From Callorhinchus milii (lineage: Eukaryota): a DNA stretch of 64,000 nt. This document shows, piece by piece, positions 11,862 to 25,574 of the stretch. Location of the stretch: positions 18,540,001 through 18,604,000 of the forward strand of contig NW_024704742.1 in NCBI RefSeq assembly GCF_018977255.1, given 5' to 3'. Numbering within the stretch: the stretch's first letter is position 1; the number at the start of each line of letters is the position of its first letter. The notes beneath the pieces were generated by a model. That model had not been told where the DNA came from and did not search any database. It saw only the letters and a program-made list of their open reading frames with translations. The position numbers and the translations under genes were made by a program.

Positions 11862-13809
11862 GAGTGTGGTCTCACTAAAGTAGATGAGGGAGAGAGTTGT
11901 TGGAGTAGGATGTTGTGGTCGACTGTGTCGAATGCAGCGGAGAGATCCAGGAGAATGAGGAGGCAGAGGGAGCCCTGGTCACAGATAGAGAGAATGTCAT
12001 TTGTGACTTTGACAAGCGCTGTCTCTGCTGTGGACAGGGCAAAAACCAGACTGCAGGGGCTCGAGGAGGGAGTGGAGGGAGAGGTGTGATTGAAGTTGAC
12101 CTGCAAGCAACAATGCATTCTAGGACTTTGGCAAGGAAGCGTAGGTTGGTAGTGTGAGAGATTAGAGGGGTCGAGGGTGGGCTTTCTGAGGGGTGTGATG
12201 ACAGCGTTTTCAGGGGGAGTGAAACAGAGCCTGAGGAGAGAGACTGGTTCACCATGTCGGTCAGCAGGAGGGAGAGAGGGGGAGTTGAGTGACCAGCAGT
12301 TGGGTGGGGAGGGGTCAAGGTTGCAGTTGACGAACTTCATCCTGGTGATTGTGGTTGAGAGGGAGGAGGGAGAAGTGGGGGCAAAGGAGTGTAAGGAGTG
12401 GGGAGTGGCAGGAGCCATGTGAAGGGAGAAGGCTTTGTGTATGGTCTGGGTGGGATGGAAGGGGACATGGGGGTGAGGAAGATGCAGCCAAGTGGATGTT
12501 TTCTAGGACCTCTTTGCACTTGGTGTTTGACGTGAGGAGAGAGGGGGCTTGAGGTGGTGCACGGAGAAGGTGATGGATGGTGGAAACAGCGTCTTTGGAT
12601 TGTTGTTTGCCTCTAGGATGACTTTGGAGCTAAAGTCAGTTGTGCCCTGTGAAAAGGAGAGGCAGCAGGTGCGGAGGTGCTCGAGCCACAGATGGCGGTG
12701 AATCGTGAGGCTGGATTTATGCCATCTGTGTTTTGAGTGAGCGGAGATGACTCTTGTACTGGGGGAGTGGGTGGATTTGGAAACAACCCTGGATTTCAGG
12801 GAAGCCAGGGAATTAAAGGTTGACAGCTGCATCAGGATCGCTGCAGGGGAGGATGTGAGAGAGTGATAGAAGGTCCGAGGAAGAGAGGGCATTTATGAGG
12901 GATTCAGAGGGAAGCATTTCCAGGAGCGGAAAAAAAAGGTGGAGGATTTGTAAGAGGGAAGGGGTTGTGGGAGGAGAGGGAGATGAGCAAGTGGTCTGAG
13001 ATGGCCTTGTCTGTGATTGACAGGTCGGAAATGTCTTAAGCGTTACTGTGTCCAACACCTGGTTGACCAATAAAATAATTGAGTAAAGTAAATTGATATT
13101 TATGATATTTATTACTGCTTATTAAAGGGCCAATTTGTCATCCTGCACAGTGGCAGCAAAGTCCAAGGTAATACGTTACCAGCGTCATGTTGCTTTCAGT
13201 CCTCCCCTTAATAGTGATAGTGTTTATCTGCAAGTGATGGAAACTATCAGTAGAAAGTCTAGCTGGTCTTTCACAGATCTGAAAACTAGTTAAGCCTTGT
13301 CTGTTGTACAGTATAAAGTAATCTGTAAAGCAGAGCACATTCCCAGAAATACACAAACTGATAACTGACAAGCTTGTTTTCACTTTGAACAATTGACCCT
13401 GGACCTTGATCCTTACCATCCCCAGTTCCACAGGATATAGGAACGTTGGATAACAACATCACCTGACCTGATGTACAGCTCCCAGCAGCACAAACTTGTT
13501 CTCAAGAATGTCCTTGAAGCATTTTTACAGAACATTGAAGGAATGAGGAGGAGTTTAGTCCCTACAGCTACTTCGCCCTGTAAAGTGATTTATGTTTGGG
13601 TAAAAAGGTTAATAGGGCTCTGGAACCAAACTATCAGCTCAAGTGGTGGAACAGGAAACTGTAAAGGGTTTCAAAAAGGAATTAGACAAATTCCTAAAAA
13701 TAAAAAGGATTCAGAGATATCAGATGATGAGTTGGATGTGGGGAAGGAATTGTTTGGGATGTTAGGTGGGTAGTCAAGATGGACCAACGATATACTTATT
13801 TAATGAAAT

Positions 13810-13960
13810 TGAATCATAAAGCACAGGAGGCCATTCAGCCCATCATACCTGTGCCAGCTCTTTGAAAAAGCAAACTAATTAGTTCCACTCCCACCTCTTT
13901 ACCCATAGCATTGCAATTTTTTCCTTTTGAAGTTTATAGTCAACTCCCTTTTGAAAGGGA
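13810..13960 (-). mobile_element. CR1 LINE 3' end fragment
   Basis: GGAGGCCATTCAGCCCATC…GTGCCAGCTCTTTGAAA matches the CR1 tail at 58842. Confidence 0.75.
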
Positions 13961-14099
13961 ATTGGATATATATTTCTGCCAGAAACTGTTATTGATGCTT
14001 AATTTGCAAGTTTCACAAAAGAATTCATAAATAACAAGCCCTGCAAGGATTATTATATATTATTAGACGGAATCTTGTCGATGTCTTCTTTTTCTGGCT

Positions 14100-14930
14100 C
14101 TGACTATCTCAACCTTCCTGGACTCCCTCAGCAAATCACTGAATGCTCATCCTCAGCATTCAATTCAACCCTCACTCTTTCTTGATTCACATCCAGTCCC
14201 TGACTAAGATTACTTTCCTGCATCTCTGGCATATTGTCCACCTCCGTTTCTATCTCACACCCAACACTGCCAGAACCCTCATTCTTGACTTTGTCACCTG
14301 CAGACTCAGCTTCTCAAATGTTGTCCTTGTTGGCCTACCAAGCTCCACCATCCACAAGCTTTATCTCATTCAAAACTCCAATGCACAGGTTATTAGAGTC
14401 CTGTAGCTCAGTGATTAGAGCACTCGCCTTGCAAGCGAGACACCTGGGTTCAATTCCAAGGCAGGGCGAAACAAGTTTCCTTACTCCACACGCCTAATAA
14501 TAATCCCTCCAAAAACAAAAACAATAACAAATTGGTCATTTTCAATCCAAGACTGTTTGTGGGACACTGCTGTGCACAATTGGCTGCCGCGTTTCGCCCA
14601 CAAATATAGTCAATTCACTTTACAGTCTATTCGGTGAAGTCGAGAAGACATGAAAAGCGCTATATCAAATCAAGGATTATTATTATTATTATTATTATTA
14701 TTAGCCACACAAAGCTTCACATCTCAGTCATCCTCACCAGGCTCCACTATCTGTCAACAGTTCCACTTATATCCTTGCACCTCTTTGTGATCTTTTCTCA
14801 TCTCATTCTACTGCTCGCCATTCTTGGTAAACACAAGCCTGCTGCACATTCCCACCCCCTTCTCCCCACCAGTGGCTGCTGAGTCTTCAGCCACTATGTT
14901 CCAGACACACCTTTTCTCTCTCTGGTTTGC
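14100..14930 (+). mobile_element. Old L2 fragment interrupted by a SINE
   Basis: ORF 14143-14406: FVTCRLSFSNVVLVGLPSSTIHKLYLIQNS; resumes after 14702. Confidence 0.8.
14396..14702 (+). mobile_element. tRNA-derived SINE
   Basis: A/B boxes, CTGTTTGTGGGACACTGCTGTGCACAATTGGC body, (ATT)n tail. Confidence 0.95.
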
Positions 14931-14959
14931 CTCTACTGCCTTCCTTTGTTTTGCATCAT

Positions 14960-15185
14960 TATCACCTCTTTAACCCATCATCCCCTGGCCTCCATCCCAT
15001 TTTCTCCTTTGTCTTTCTTGCTCCACCTCCCCTCTCTGTTAGTCCTTAAAAGCCTCTCCCTCCCAACATCCCCCAGTTCTGACGAAGGTTTGTGGACCCG
15101 AAACGTTGACTCACTTTCCTTTCTCCATAGATGCTGCCTGACCTGCTGAGTGTTCCCAGCGATCTGTTTTTGTTTCAATTTGCAG
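14960..15185 (+). mobile_element. Penelope-like element terminal repeat fragment
   Basis: CT-rich tract, then CTGACGAAGG…CCCGAAACGTTGAC…AGATGCTGCCTGACCTGCTGAG; resembles shark Penelope-type ends as I recall them; second copy at 43499-43628. Confidence 0.75.
15075..15111 (+). ncRNA. Minimal hammerhead ribozyme motif
   Basis: Stem I AGTT/GACT; CTGACGA core; stem II GGTT-TGTG-GACC; GAAA; palindromic ACGT in place of stem III. Confidence 0.65.
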
Positions 15186-15634
15186 TAATTCCATGAAGCG
15201 CTTTGAGGCATTTCAACAACATAATAAGATGCTATTTCAAATGCAAGGATTATTATTGTAACTATAATTTATGATAAATAGACCATATGTTTATTTTTAA
15301 CTAAGGGTTTTCCTTAAATCTTCAGGAGATTCTGCAGATGGCTTTCAGACTAGAAATCTATTTACAAAACCTATGCTAAGAATCCACAACACAAAGGACT
15401 GATGTTATTTTCACATTTCAGCAGATGCTGAATAAATGAAACTTAATTTTTTTGGTGTTAACTTTACTGACATTGTTTTTCAGGATAATTAAAATCAGAC
15501 ATTAAAACGTATGATTTACGTTGTGCTGAAAACTTACATAAAGCAGATGTTCCTTGTCGAAAATGTTAGTAAACCTGCTGTTCTGGAATAACAATTGAAA
15601 AATCAGAATAGCGGGTGCTCCAGACACTATCCTT

Positions 15635-15700
15635 ACACACACACACACTTGCACAACCACACACACACACACACACACACAACCACACCTACAACCACAC
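15635..15700. repeat. (CA)n microsatellite, interrupted
   Basis: Seen directly. Confidence 0.95.
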
Positions 15701-18700
15701 TAGAACTGAAAAAATTGCCCTTGTTGAAACCAATTTCCGAGATGGAAAATATTTAAGCTTCACCTAACACTGGTTTACACACTTTTTTTAAAAAAAAGGG
15801 ATTGAGATGATCTGGTAACATTTATTGTTAAATAATTGTGATCTGACACTGTTTAAATTGGTGTGTGGGTAATTTCTGTTGGCTTTACTTACAATACAAT
15901 TTACGCTTCAATAGTGCGTTTCTTATCGGAAAGACATCTCAAAGTGCTTGAAAGAATATCGTTCATTGACTAAACCAGAAGTTTACGAGTCTAGTTTTTT
16001 TGTTATCAAAACTAAGCAAAAGTAAATGGAAAATGTTCAGAAATGAGTCCCCTGCTGATGTACAGTATCTGCTCAAATCCCTCAGGATAGCTGTGGCATG
16101 GATTTGCAGCCAATTAGTTACTGTTAGAAAGACCTAAGGGATACATTTTACTTGACTTGTGAGCAGATGGTACGAATGAATTCATGAGGAGCAGGCTGCA
16201 CTACCAATAGATGTCTATGGACTGATTTATAGTTAAGAAATAACCGCTGACTTGCCAAAATAGTTCCAAGCAGAAATAGCTTTGCCGTATCTAAAACGCA
16301 GAAATGCTTATCTTGTGAATTCCAGCGAATCACGGTGAATGTTAAGTGGTGACAAAACATGGCTTGTTTATTTAATACATAGATTTCCAACCATAGAACC
16401 ATGTGGCACGTAATCCATAACCACTAGAAGGCCGATAACCAGCAGAGAAACAGTCAAAGCCACATTCATGATCAAACCCAGACTCAAACATAAAACTAAG
16501 AAATCCCTGGATTCCTTGTAAATTCACAGAAACAAAAAGTTGGTCCTCATTTTATTGGAGAGATAGTACAGAAGTAAATAAAAGCAATGGAACATGACCA
16601 TGAATACAGAATTAGCATGTTTCACACAAGACTTGAGATTTGAAGAATTATTTCCCCAGTAGATTTATCGATGTGTGCTAGATTCTCAGCTGAAACAGAT
16701 CAGACTGTCTCAATTGATAAATTTGAAAAGGTGGTTGGATAAATATTTGGTGAAGGAAGAGAATTTAAGTTAATGTACAATTACATGGAATGTTACAGCA
16801 TGGAAACAGACCCTTCGGCCAACTAGGCTATGCCAGTGTTTATACTCCACGAGGGGGGTGGAAACAGCATCTCTTTGGCACTGAACTGGATCCAAGGTAA
16901 TGCCATTGGTAATGGAATATCAGAATCAAGTTAATCCTATGTGGCAAGCTTGGTAGTCTGGTTGCTGAGTCAGGCAGGTCTGCAGGACTCTGGGGCACTG
17001 GTGATGACAGCCAGCCTGGTAACCAGGACATGGAGGGGCAGACAAGTCACTTGGAGCAGGGATTCTACCCATTTGGCTGCTGTTAACCCTGGAAGTCAAA
17101 ACTCTAATCGGTAGAGTGGCCTTAGCTGGAGAAGCAGTGCTCTCAATGCAGTTTTAGCCAATTAAACTGCAATGTTACCAACACACACTCTGGGGCCCCC
17201 AAGCCTTGGCTCTTGTCAACATGCGGCTTATTCTCTCTGGATTAGGTATGATTTGGATACTCTTAAGCATGGTGATGGATTTCCACATGTGTCAGACACC
17301 CAATTGACAAAAAAAGTCTCTGCCAATATTAGTCTCTTCGGACCAAAGGTACTTAGGGACAGATCATGGCAACTAGCCCACTATTCTTTCCTCTCTTGTT
17401 GCGAGCATGCTTCTGGACTCCATTCAACACAGTCTTGCTTTGGGCACAAACGTATGTTCTGCCAGCCTGTGATAAGGTGTAATTGTAACCCCTATAAGGC
17501 AACCATAGAAAAAGGTTCATGGAGTATTTTCATCTGTTCAAAGTGTCACAGTATTGTTTTTAAATTGAAAAAACATGGTAAAGAGTCAAGGTTGAGCACA
17601 AGACATCAGCAAGCCTGAAATGAGTTGGGAGGATGGGAAAATCAAGAAGTAGCAATTGAGTAATGCCAAACCTGGACCATAAAAGCTTTTACATTGTAGG
17701 AGGAAGGGAAGTCCGAAGAAGGTAATGAGTTCCACAGTCTTGAAGTCCTAGAAAAAGAATCAGATAGTTTATTCTTTCCTGTGGTGTATACAATTCTGGT
17801 GCAGTTTACACAAATACGATTTTGAATCGTCTAACAGTTGTTCCTAATTTGTTAAAGATTGCAACTTTGCAAAGATGTTTAAAAGTTCTTGTTTGTCACA
17901 GAATGTTCAGGGACTCACATGTCTGCTTCTGTTTTTAAGTGTGATGGTTAATTCACATTGTTTAGCATTCAGAAAATCTGGCATGCTGAGCCCTTCTTTG
18001 TCATTTTAAAAAACAAAGTTAAAGCCAGAACATTCTTACTTTTGCTTTTGCCAAAAGACTATTGCAGAATTTATGGAAGGAATTGCTGGGGACTGCTGTC
18101 AGGTATTGTGTAACACAATAAAATTAGTCCTTGAACCAAGGCCCTTGTTAAAGACCAATCTTCATGTCAAATCTGGGCACATATTTTGCAGACATCTGCC
18201 TTTGATTACTCTTCGGCTGCAGCCACACTAAATATACACTCAGTGTGTAAGACAGAAGCATTCACAGTGGAGTAAAACTGGCCACAAGTGCATATAACAG
18301 GAAAGAGAGGCTTTCCTTTGATATAGAAACATAGGGGAATCTCATCATGTACAATGAAGAGAAAAATGTGATAGGTGACAGCAAAATCTTGCATTTATAT
18401 AGCGCCCCTTAAAGCAGGGTAGCATCCCAGAGTGCTTCAGTTAACACTGATGTAGTAATTCACATGGCAATTAACACTGTTGACAAGTATCACATTGCAT
18501 CCTGTATTTATCATCCCAGTAGTTCAAATGGACATGAAGGTCACATACTGGTGTACAGTGAGAGAGCAGTACCATTATTACAACAACAAGATTACATTTG
18601 TATAGCGCTTTTCACTTCGGGAGGATTTCCCAAGGCGCTGAAGCAAGCAAGAATGATCTGTGTGCTTCTGGAGTTGGGTAAGGGTGGTGCGTCTTGTCTG

Positions 18701-19059
18701 TGGAGGGAAGCAGGCTAGAGGTGAACAGTGATGATGTGGGAAAGGATAAGTATTCTGAAGTATTTGCCCAAATGCCTTTATAGAACTTGAACCCAAGAAA
18801 TAGAGTGGAGTAGAACACACAGAAAGGTACATTTTGAGCAATTTGTGGAAGAAGTGGATGAGCTGAATGGCCTTTTTTTAAGTTCAAGATGTTTATATTA
18901 TTACTATATTCTTACGGCTTTGTAAATAAATTTGGGGCATGGTATAAATCTACATTTACATATTCAGGAAAAGTTGTAAGCAAGCGTCAATCCCATTCTA
19001 CCTGCATATGCACCTTTTCTATAACGTGTCCTTATGAAGGATGTCATATGAATTGAAGT

Positions 19060-19330
19060 GTGGAGTCCTATAGCGTAGCGGTTAGAACACTCGCTTTGCA
19101 AGCAATAGAACTGGGTTTGAATCCCAAGCAAGGCAAAATGTTGGGGAAATTTCCTTAATGCATCTGTTTACCTAGCAGTAAGTAGGAACTTGGATGTTAG
19201 TCAATTGGTGGATCGCTTTTCCGAGGATAATAATCCCTTAAAAAAAACGACTGTTTGTGGGACACTGCTGTGCACAATTGGCTGTGGGATTTCACCCCAA
19301 AATATACAGTCAAATGCAATTATTATTAAA
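19060..19330 (+). mobile_element. tRNA-SINE with internal deletions
   Basis: GGAGTCCTATAGCGTAGCGGTTAGAACACTCGCTTTGCAAGC head; body and tail motifs. Confidence 0.85.
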
Positions 19331-19899
19331 TTGCTGTAATTCAGACGAGCAAGAACAAGCGAGTAGGATAGACAGTGTTGAAAAGACAAAGGGAAAGACT
19401 AAAAATAGAGAGTTTGAAAAGAGAAGGAGAGACAGACACAGTGACACACGAACAAAAACAAATCATGCACACACTCACAGAACAAAACAGAGACACAATA
19501 GGGATAGATAGGAACAGTGAGACCAAAGCCAAATTCACAAAATGTATACTTGTTCACCTACTAACAGCTCTCTCCTACAAAGTTTCATTCCCAGGTAAGT
19601 CCTCTTCCCTATTGACCATCCTGGGATGCACTACTGTACTAGTAAATATAAATCAGTTTGCTCATGAACCAAATATTTTAGCAAATATTCTCGAAAATAA
19701 AGAGACAGACTGTGGAAAAATATTTGAATATCTTTCACCACAAAAAAACTGGGAGATCGGATGAAATCATAGGGGTTGGCTTGTGTTGCATAAATCTACA
19801 ACATTTTGGTTTAAAAAAATGAAAATGTATTTCAAATAATCCTTTGGAAACTTGCACAGCTCATTTGACAATCAAAGGTTTAACTCAAAATGCTTCTAT

Positions 19900-20180
19900 A
19901 ATAATAATAATCCTTCATTTAATATGGCGTTTATCACGTCATTGATGCGTCTCAAAACGCTTCAAAGACTATATTGTAAACTGGATTGACTGTATTTTGT
20001 GGGTGAAACATGGCAGCCAATTTAACACAGCAGTAGCCCACAAACAGTTATTTTGTTTGAGGGATTATTACCCCCGGAAAGCGATCCGCCAATCAACTAA
20101 CTACAGGGTTCCTACTTACTGCTAGGTAAACAGAGGGTATGGAGTGAAGAAACTTGCCTAAGGATTCGCCCTGCCCAGGA
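19900..20180 (-). mobile_element. tRNA-SINE, 5'-truncated
   Basis: (AAT)n tail; TACTTACTGCTAGGTAAACAGAG. Confidence 0.85.
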
Positions 20181-20689
20181 ATAACAGCATAACAAGATAT
20201 AAATGTTGGAAACATTGTAAGAATTTTGTTTCTGAGGAGTGTGTTAATGCACAACTGAAATCCAAATGGAGCTTTGCAGTTTATTTGCATCAGAACTGTG
20301 ATGTGGTTGATCATTGAGGACAGCTTTGCTACATATGCATGTTCAGTGTGAGCAAGATCTGAGGAAAGCCACAGGCAACATTTAAAAAAACATGCTGAGC
20401 AGCATATCCTAGTTAGTCATTTTTGCAATAGATGAAAAGCTGGTAAAATAATTTTAATTGACAGTCATATGCAACTGATCTCTGCAGCAACCAGCTGACA
20501 TATTTCAGGATACCCAGGAAATTAATTCCTGAGGTGAAATGTGAATCATCATTCTGCGAAGTACGAGCAGTCATATTATGTTTCAACTGAGGCTGCAGCA
20601 GTTCAAATATGTGAGTGTTCACAAAGATTGATATAAATATAGAATTGATTCACTTTTGCTTTGTGCCATATTAATTCTAACAAAATAAA

Positions 20690-21080
20690 TAATCTTTGCA
20701 TTTGCCTATAGAGTCGAAACATTTTAAAGAGAACACTGTTGAGCAAAGTGGCAGTATCTTTGTGGGCAAACACAGCAGTCAATTTACTTGCAGCAATGAA
20801 TATCCCACAAAGAGTCGCTGTGAATGATCAATTTATATGGAGAATGAATTGCCAGAACACCAGGAAAAAAATCTATATTTGACAAGTATCATGCAGTCTT
20901 TAACATCCATCCAAGTAGATGGCAACCTGGCTTAACATCTCATCAAATACAGCATCTCTGATAAAACAGTGCTCTTGTTGTGTCAGCCTAGATTGTGAGT
21001 TCAAAGTCCCATTGTGGAGCGTGAACCGACAACATGCTGACTTAGAGGTAAACATGCTACCATCTGAGCCAGGCTGACAC
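20690..21080 (-). mobile_element. Old Deu-domain SINE
   Basis: TTAACATCCATCC…TTAACATCTCATC…GTGTCAGCCTAGATT…CTGACTTAGAGG, similar to 55235-55605. Confidence 0.7.
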
Positions 21081-22074
21081 AGAGATTAAATATTTTTATC
21101 GGTTTTGGATGCCGTCTAGGTCTGTGCAGTTAAGGGGTGCAATTCTCCAGTGACCCTCAATATTCATTGAATTACACTGAACATATTCAATGCACAAGAG
21201 GTTTTCCAAGGAAATAAGGGTCAGTGAGCTAATAGCCACTTGTGCATGAAAACTAACAGTAAAGCTGGTTATTATAAGGGCTAGCTGCAATCCTATAATG
21301 AATGTTATACCTCTCACAGGTCCACACTTCACATTCCTGCTTGGCTGTACAGAGAGCTGATGAAATATTTAAAATATATGTAGCAATTTGTGAGGAGACG
21401 CTACCATGTGAAACAAACACACTGAAGAACAGTGTTGCTTACACAAGAACGTAGGAATATAGGATTGTACAGAATCCGAAAAAAAATGTGATCCATTTGG
21501 CGAGTTAGAGTAAAAAGGTTATATCAACTGCTCTATCTTTCTTATACTCAATCCATTTATTCACAAATGGCTTGTTTGTGGGACCTTGCTGGCTTTTGCC
21601 TACAGACAGTCACTACACTTGACAGTACATCCTGGTGACATGTTTTAAACTGTTTCAATATGATAAGATGTTGCAATAATTTAAGTTATTTTCTACAGTT
21701 ATAGATCATGGAAACGTCTACATGATCCACAGAACAGAAATTTCAATAATTGAGAACAGAAACATCAACAACCAATAAAAAAAGCAATTTAAAATCTGCC
21801 TTTCTGGCAATGGAGGTGATTGATTTTTAATGAGTAAAACAGGTTCCAGTGGTTTAAGGTTAGCCTAAGTGAATGCTGTTCAGCTACACTGGGCTTCTGA
21901 GGAAAAGTCGTTGTGAACTTCAAGGGCAAATTAGAACCAAAGAACTTTACAATAATGTTGCAATACAAAAGAAGGCCATTTGGTCATCGTGTCGTGCTCT
22001 TTGAAAGAGCAATCCATTCAGTCCCATTTATCTGCCTTTTTCCCCACAACTCTTGCAATTCATTTATCAGAGAA

Positions 22075-22810
22075 TAACAAATTACATTTATATAGTACTT
22101 ATATAGTACACGCAGAGTGAGGGGCACAATATAAATTATACAGATGATACTGATTATAGATTAACCCAGAGCGCTTGCCGAAGAGGAAATTCTTCAATTG
22201 TGATTTGAAGGTAGGTAAATAGGGGGCAAGATAGAGGGATTGAGACAAGGAGTTCCAGAGATTGGGACACAGAGGGTCGTGAGCAGATCTGAGAAATAGG
22301 AAAGTGCCAGGGTGTGAAGAGATTTGAGAGTGAGAACTTTGAAATTGATCTGTTCTACAACAGGAAACCAGTGGAGGCTGGCAAGAACTGGGGTGATGGA
22401 GTGCAGACTCCAGTATAAGTGAGGACAAGGGCAGCACAGTTTTGAATCATTTGGACCTGGTTAATAATGGCACTGGGGAGACTGCAAGAAATGCATTAAA
22501 GAAATTGAGGCAGGAGATGTTGAAAGTGTGAATGAGAGTTTCAGCAACGTTTGAGGCAAGATAGGGGCGAAGGTGGGTGATGTGACAGAGTGGAGGAAGT
22601 CAATCCTGGTCGGGGACCAGATGTGGGGTAAAAAGGATAACTGAGGATCGAATTTGATGCTAAGGTTATGAACAAGTTTGGTGAGTCTGAGGGACAGGCA
22701 GGGAAGGTAAAAGAGTTTAGAATCATAGATGCAAAGACTGGGAGACAAGGAGGATGGCTATGTCTGTCTGGTCCATGTTCAGCTAAAGTTGGGCATTCGG
22801 GAGGGCGGGC
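22075..22810 (-). mobile_element. Old L2 fragment
   Basis: FDPQLSFLPHI and LWNSLSQSL…FKSQLK translations; L2 tail. Confidence 0.8.
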
Positions 22811-25574
22811 GATAAGGGGCAGAGGAGGGAACAGATGACTGAAGATAGTCAAAATGAAAGGTTATTTTGACCTTGACAATTGGTAGACTACTGTCGAGAT
22901 TTTCCTCTACAAGTATAACTGTAGTAACAAGAATTGAAAAGTACAAGAAGATAATTGGAAGAAATAATGACATAAAAGTTGCATGCACTTAGTACATGGT
23001 GGCGGATGTATAATCAAGTAACAACAGATGACCACTTGCTCTGCAAAGTCAATGGGTAATATTCAGATTAATCTAAAAGACAAGATTGAAGGTCTATTTC
23101 TTCACTCATCTAGCTATCTTCAGTTCCTCTGTATGTGGTCAAGTTTTTCTCACTGTAGAATGTATTGATAAATATGTAACGTTTTACAATAACGTCAGAA
23201 TGTCATTTTCTCTCTATATCAAGCAAATCAGACTGTGAAGGAATGTTCCATTCCCGCTGGTAAGGTGAAGTGAGAACCTTCTGCCAGTTACTTTAATTGG
23301 AACCCGAATGTCATCAACTGACCTTCAAAGAATTCAACCGATCAGAGTATTATTTCCAAGATTTAATCAAGAATAGAAATTCCTGTTAGGTAGCTAAAAC
23401 AAACCATTGTTTGAGATGTACATTTTTTTCCCCCAAATCTAGAAACTAGGGTCTAACCTCGAAAATCTTTGGGCTAAGGGTGTGCAAACGCATTTGGCGT
23501 CAAAACCTTCCATATTTCTACATTGTTTCGTGACCTGATAAAATGGGGAAAAATAAATGATGTGACTTTAACAAAAGTCCCTTAAAATAATACTGAGCAT
23601 GCAAAAACAGGATGAGAAATCAGCACATCATTGAAAATGTTGGTCAAATCAGACGATAACTGAACACCAGCCATGTAGAAAACCATTGTTTATTTTCCTT
23701 ATTTGTCATCCTCTGGCTCTTTGAAGAAAAGTTTTGTGCCATGGGCCCATGCTAACTGGATTAAGAGTGTGAAAATTAATTTTACCTTGAACTCATATGA
23801 TGAGTTCCTTCCCATTCAGACAAGCAGTGCGAAACTTGTCAGACAATACTGTCAAAACCAAACTGATATGTGTTTTTTTAGCTGGTCAAACTCCAGCGGT
23901 ACCCCAACACACACTTGAGGGATCCCAAGCCTTGTCTTGAACTTTTACAATCAACAGGCAGAAGACTTTAATCCCTTTCATTTAGGCTGGACTTTTACCC
24001 AGGTAGGCAGTGCTCATTTATTTACCCTGACACTGACTGAGCGATAATTTTTCAGATAATGTACTGTAGTGAACGCATTATTCTGAAAACGTAACACAGA
24101 ATTTTTCATTGTGTTATTAATGACTACAAAATATTTAATCAGATGTTATCAAATAATGTGTGTGTAAGCCTGGTTCAGTGGTTGGGGGCTGGGGGGGAAG
24201 GTGGTGGTGTTGGAAAGGTTGAAAGGAGGAGATACATTGCTGTAGCTGTTAAGATCTGCTTTGAGTTGAATAGATGACATTCTATGGCACCATATCAAAT
24301 GCATGGATTAAAATACAACACAATTTTACATTTATATAGTGTCTTTCACATCAGGAGGACATCCTAAAGGACTTGATGCCTACTGGCTGGGACCCTGAGC
24401 TGTGCGTAGGAGCTGAGAAAGCTGGGAACGAGAAAGTTGACCAAAGAGTAAGAGGTAAAGGAGCTCAGATGATCATGTCAAAGAGGTAAACCTTGGGATT
24501 GACCTGTAACAGTCTCCAGACCTGTACAGTTTCTAGTATTACCTGTTGTTTTAAATAATGGAAACAAAAAAGCTCTCATTATCAGTCCTCCCCTGCTTCA
24601 GGCAGTTAATTTCAGATGTTGAGTTGCATCACTAATGAGCTAGACTGCAGCCGGTAATCATCATATACAGATAATATGCATAATATAATGAATATTCCTC
24701 GATTTGCTTACACCTGCAAATGTGGGCAATCTTTTTTGAGAATGAGAGGAGGAAGAAAATTCTTGAAGTTGGGCAACTGGGAAGTTTCAGGAGTTCTGAA
24801 TAACAGTGTCTGTTCTTGGCAAGTGACAATATTTAGTTAAAAAAATGATGACTTTATAATAATATTAAATAATCCTTTCATTTTATAAAGTACCTTATCA
24901 AGTCTTCGAGACATCTCAAAGCGCCACATCAAATATCCTGTAAAGTGCATTGCTTGTATATTTTGTGGAGCTGAAAGATTGTGACCTCTTGTTTCACCTC
25001 TTTACCGATAGCTTCTTGAGGTTTTGATAATTTACCATGAAAAAAACTATTTTTGCTCGCCAGGAATGCCTGTGGTAATAGTTGTCTTGGTGCGGTTCAT
25101 GGTCGACAATATGTATAATGAATGATCAGTGAATGTGATGTGATCACTCAGTCACTCAAATAATCACTGGCAAATAATATTGAGATTGAAGTCTAATTTG
25201 CGATATCAGCAAAAGAATTTATAAATCAATTGGGGCACCTGGATGTAGTTGGCTCTTTGGAACTCTGCTCAGAGACTGATCTCTAGGGTCGCAGAAGTCT
25301 TCTTTGGCTGTAATCCTGTTTCACAAAATCAAAACTGACGTTGATGTCTGAGCGGGCTTCATCCATATATATATATGGAGAGAGAGAGAGACGCACACAC
25401 ACATACACATTACAACTTAATTAAATGCCGTCAAATTTGTGTCCTTATAGATTTTTATAGCAACTCAATTGAGGAAGGCCAATGCTAGAGAAAAGAATAG
25501 GTTTTCGTTTAGGACAGCATCATCAGATGCATACAGTGTTTAAAGGTCAAGTGAGGTCAAGCTTGCTTTGCTCA

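Larger units (their letters stand above)
9190..13070 (-). mobile_element. Old, longer L2 (RT plus upstream ORF2 region) carrying two younger L2 insertions
   Basis: Collinear pieces 9190-9630, 10566-11029 and 11862-13070: [20 protein letters not shown]…[19 protein letters not shown]…[13 protein letters not shown]. Confidence 0.9.
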
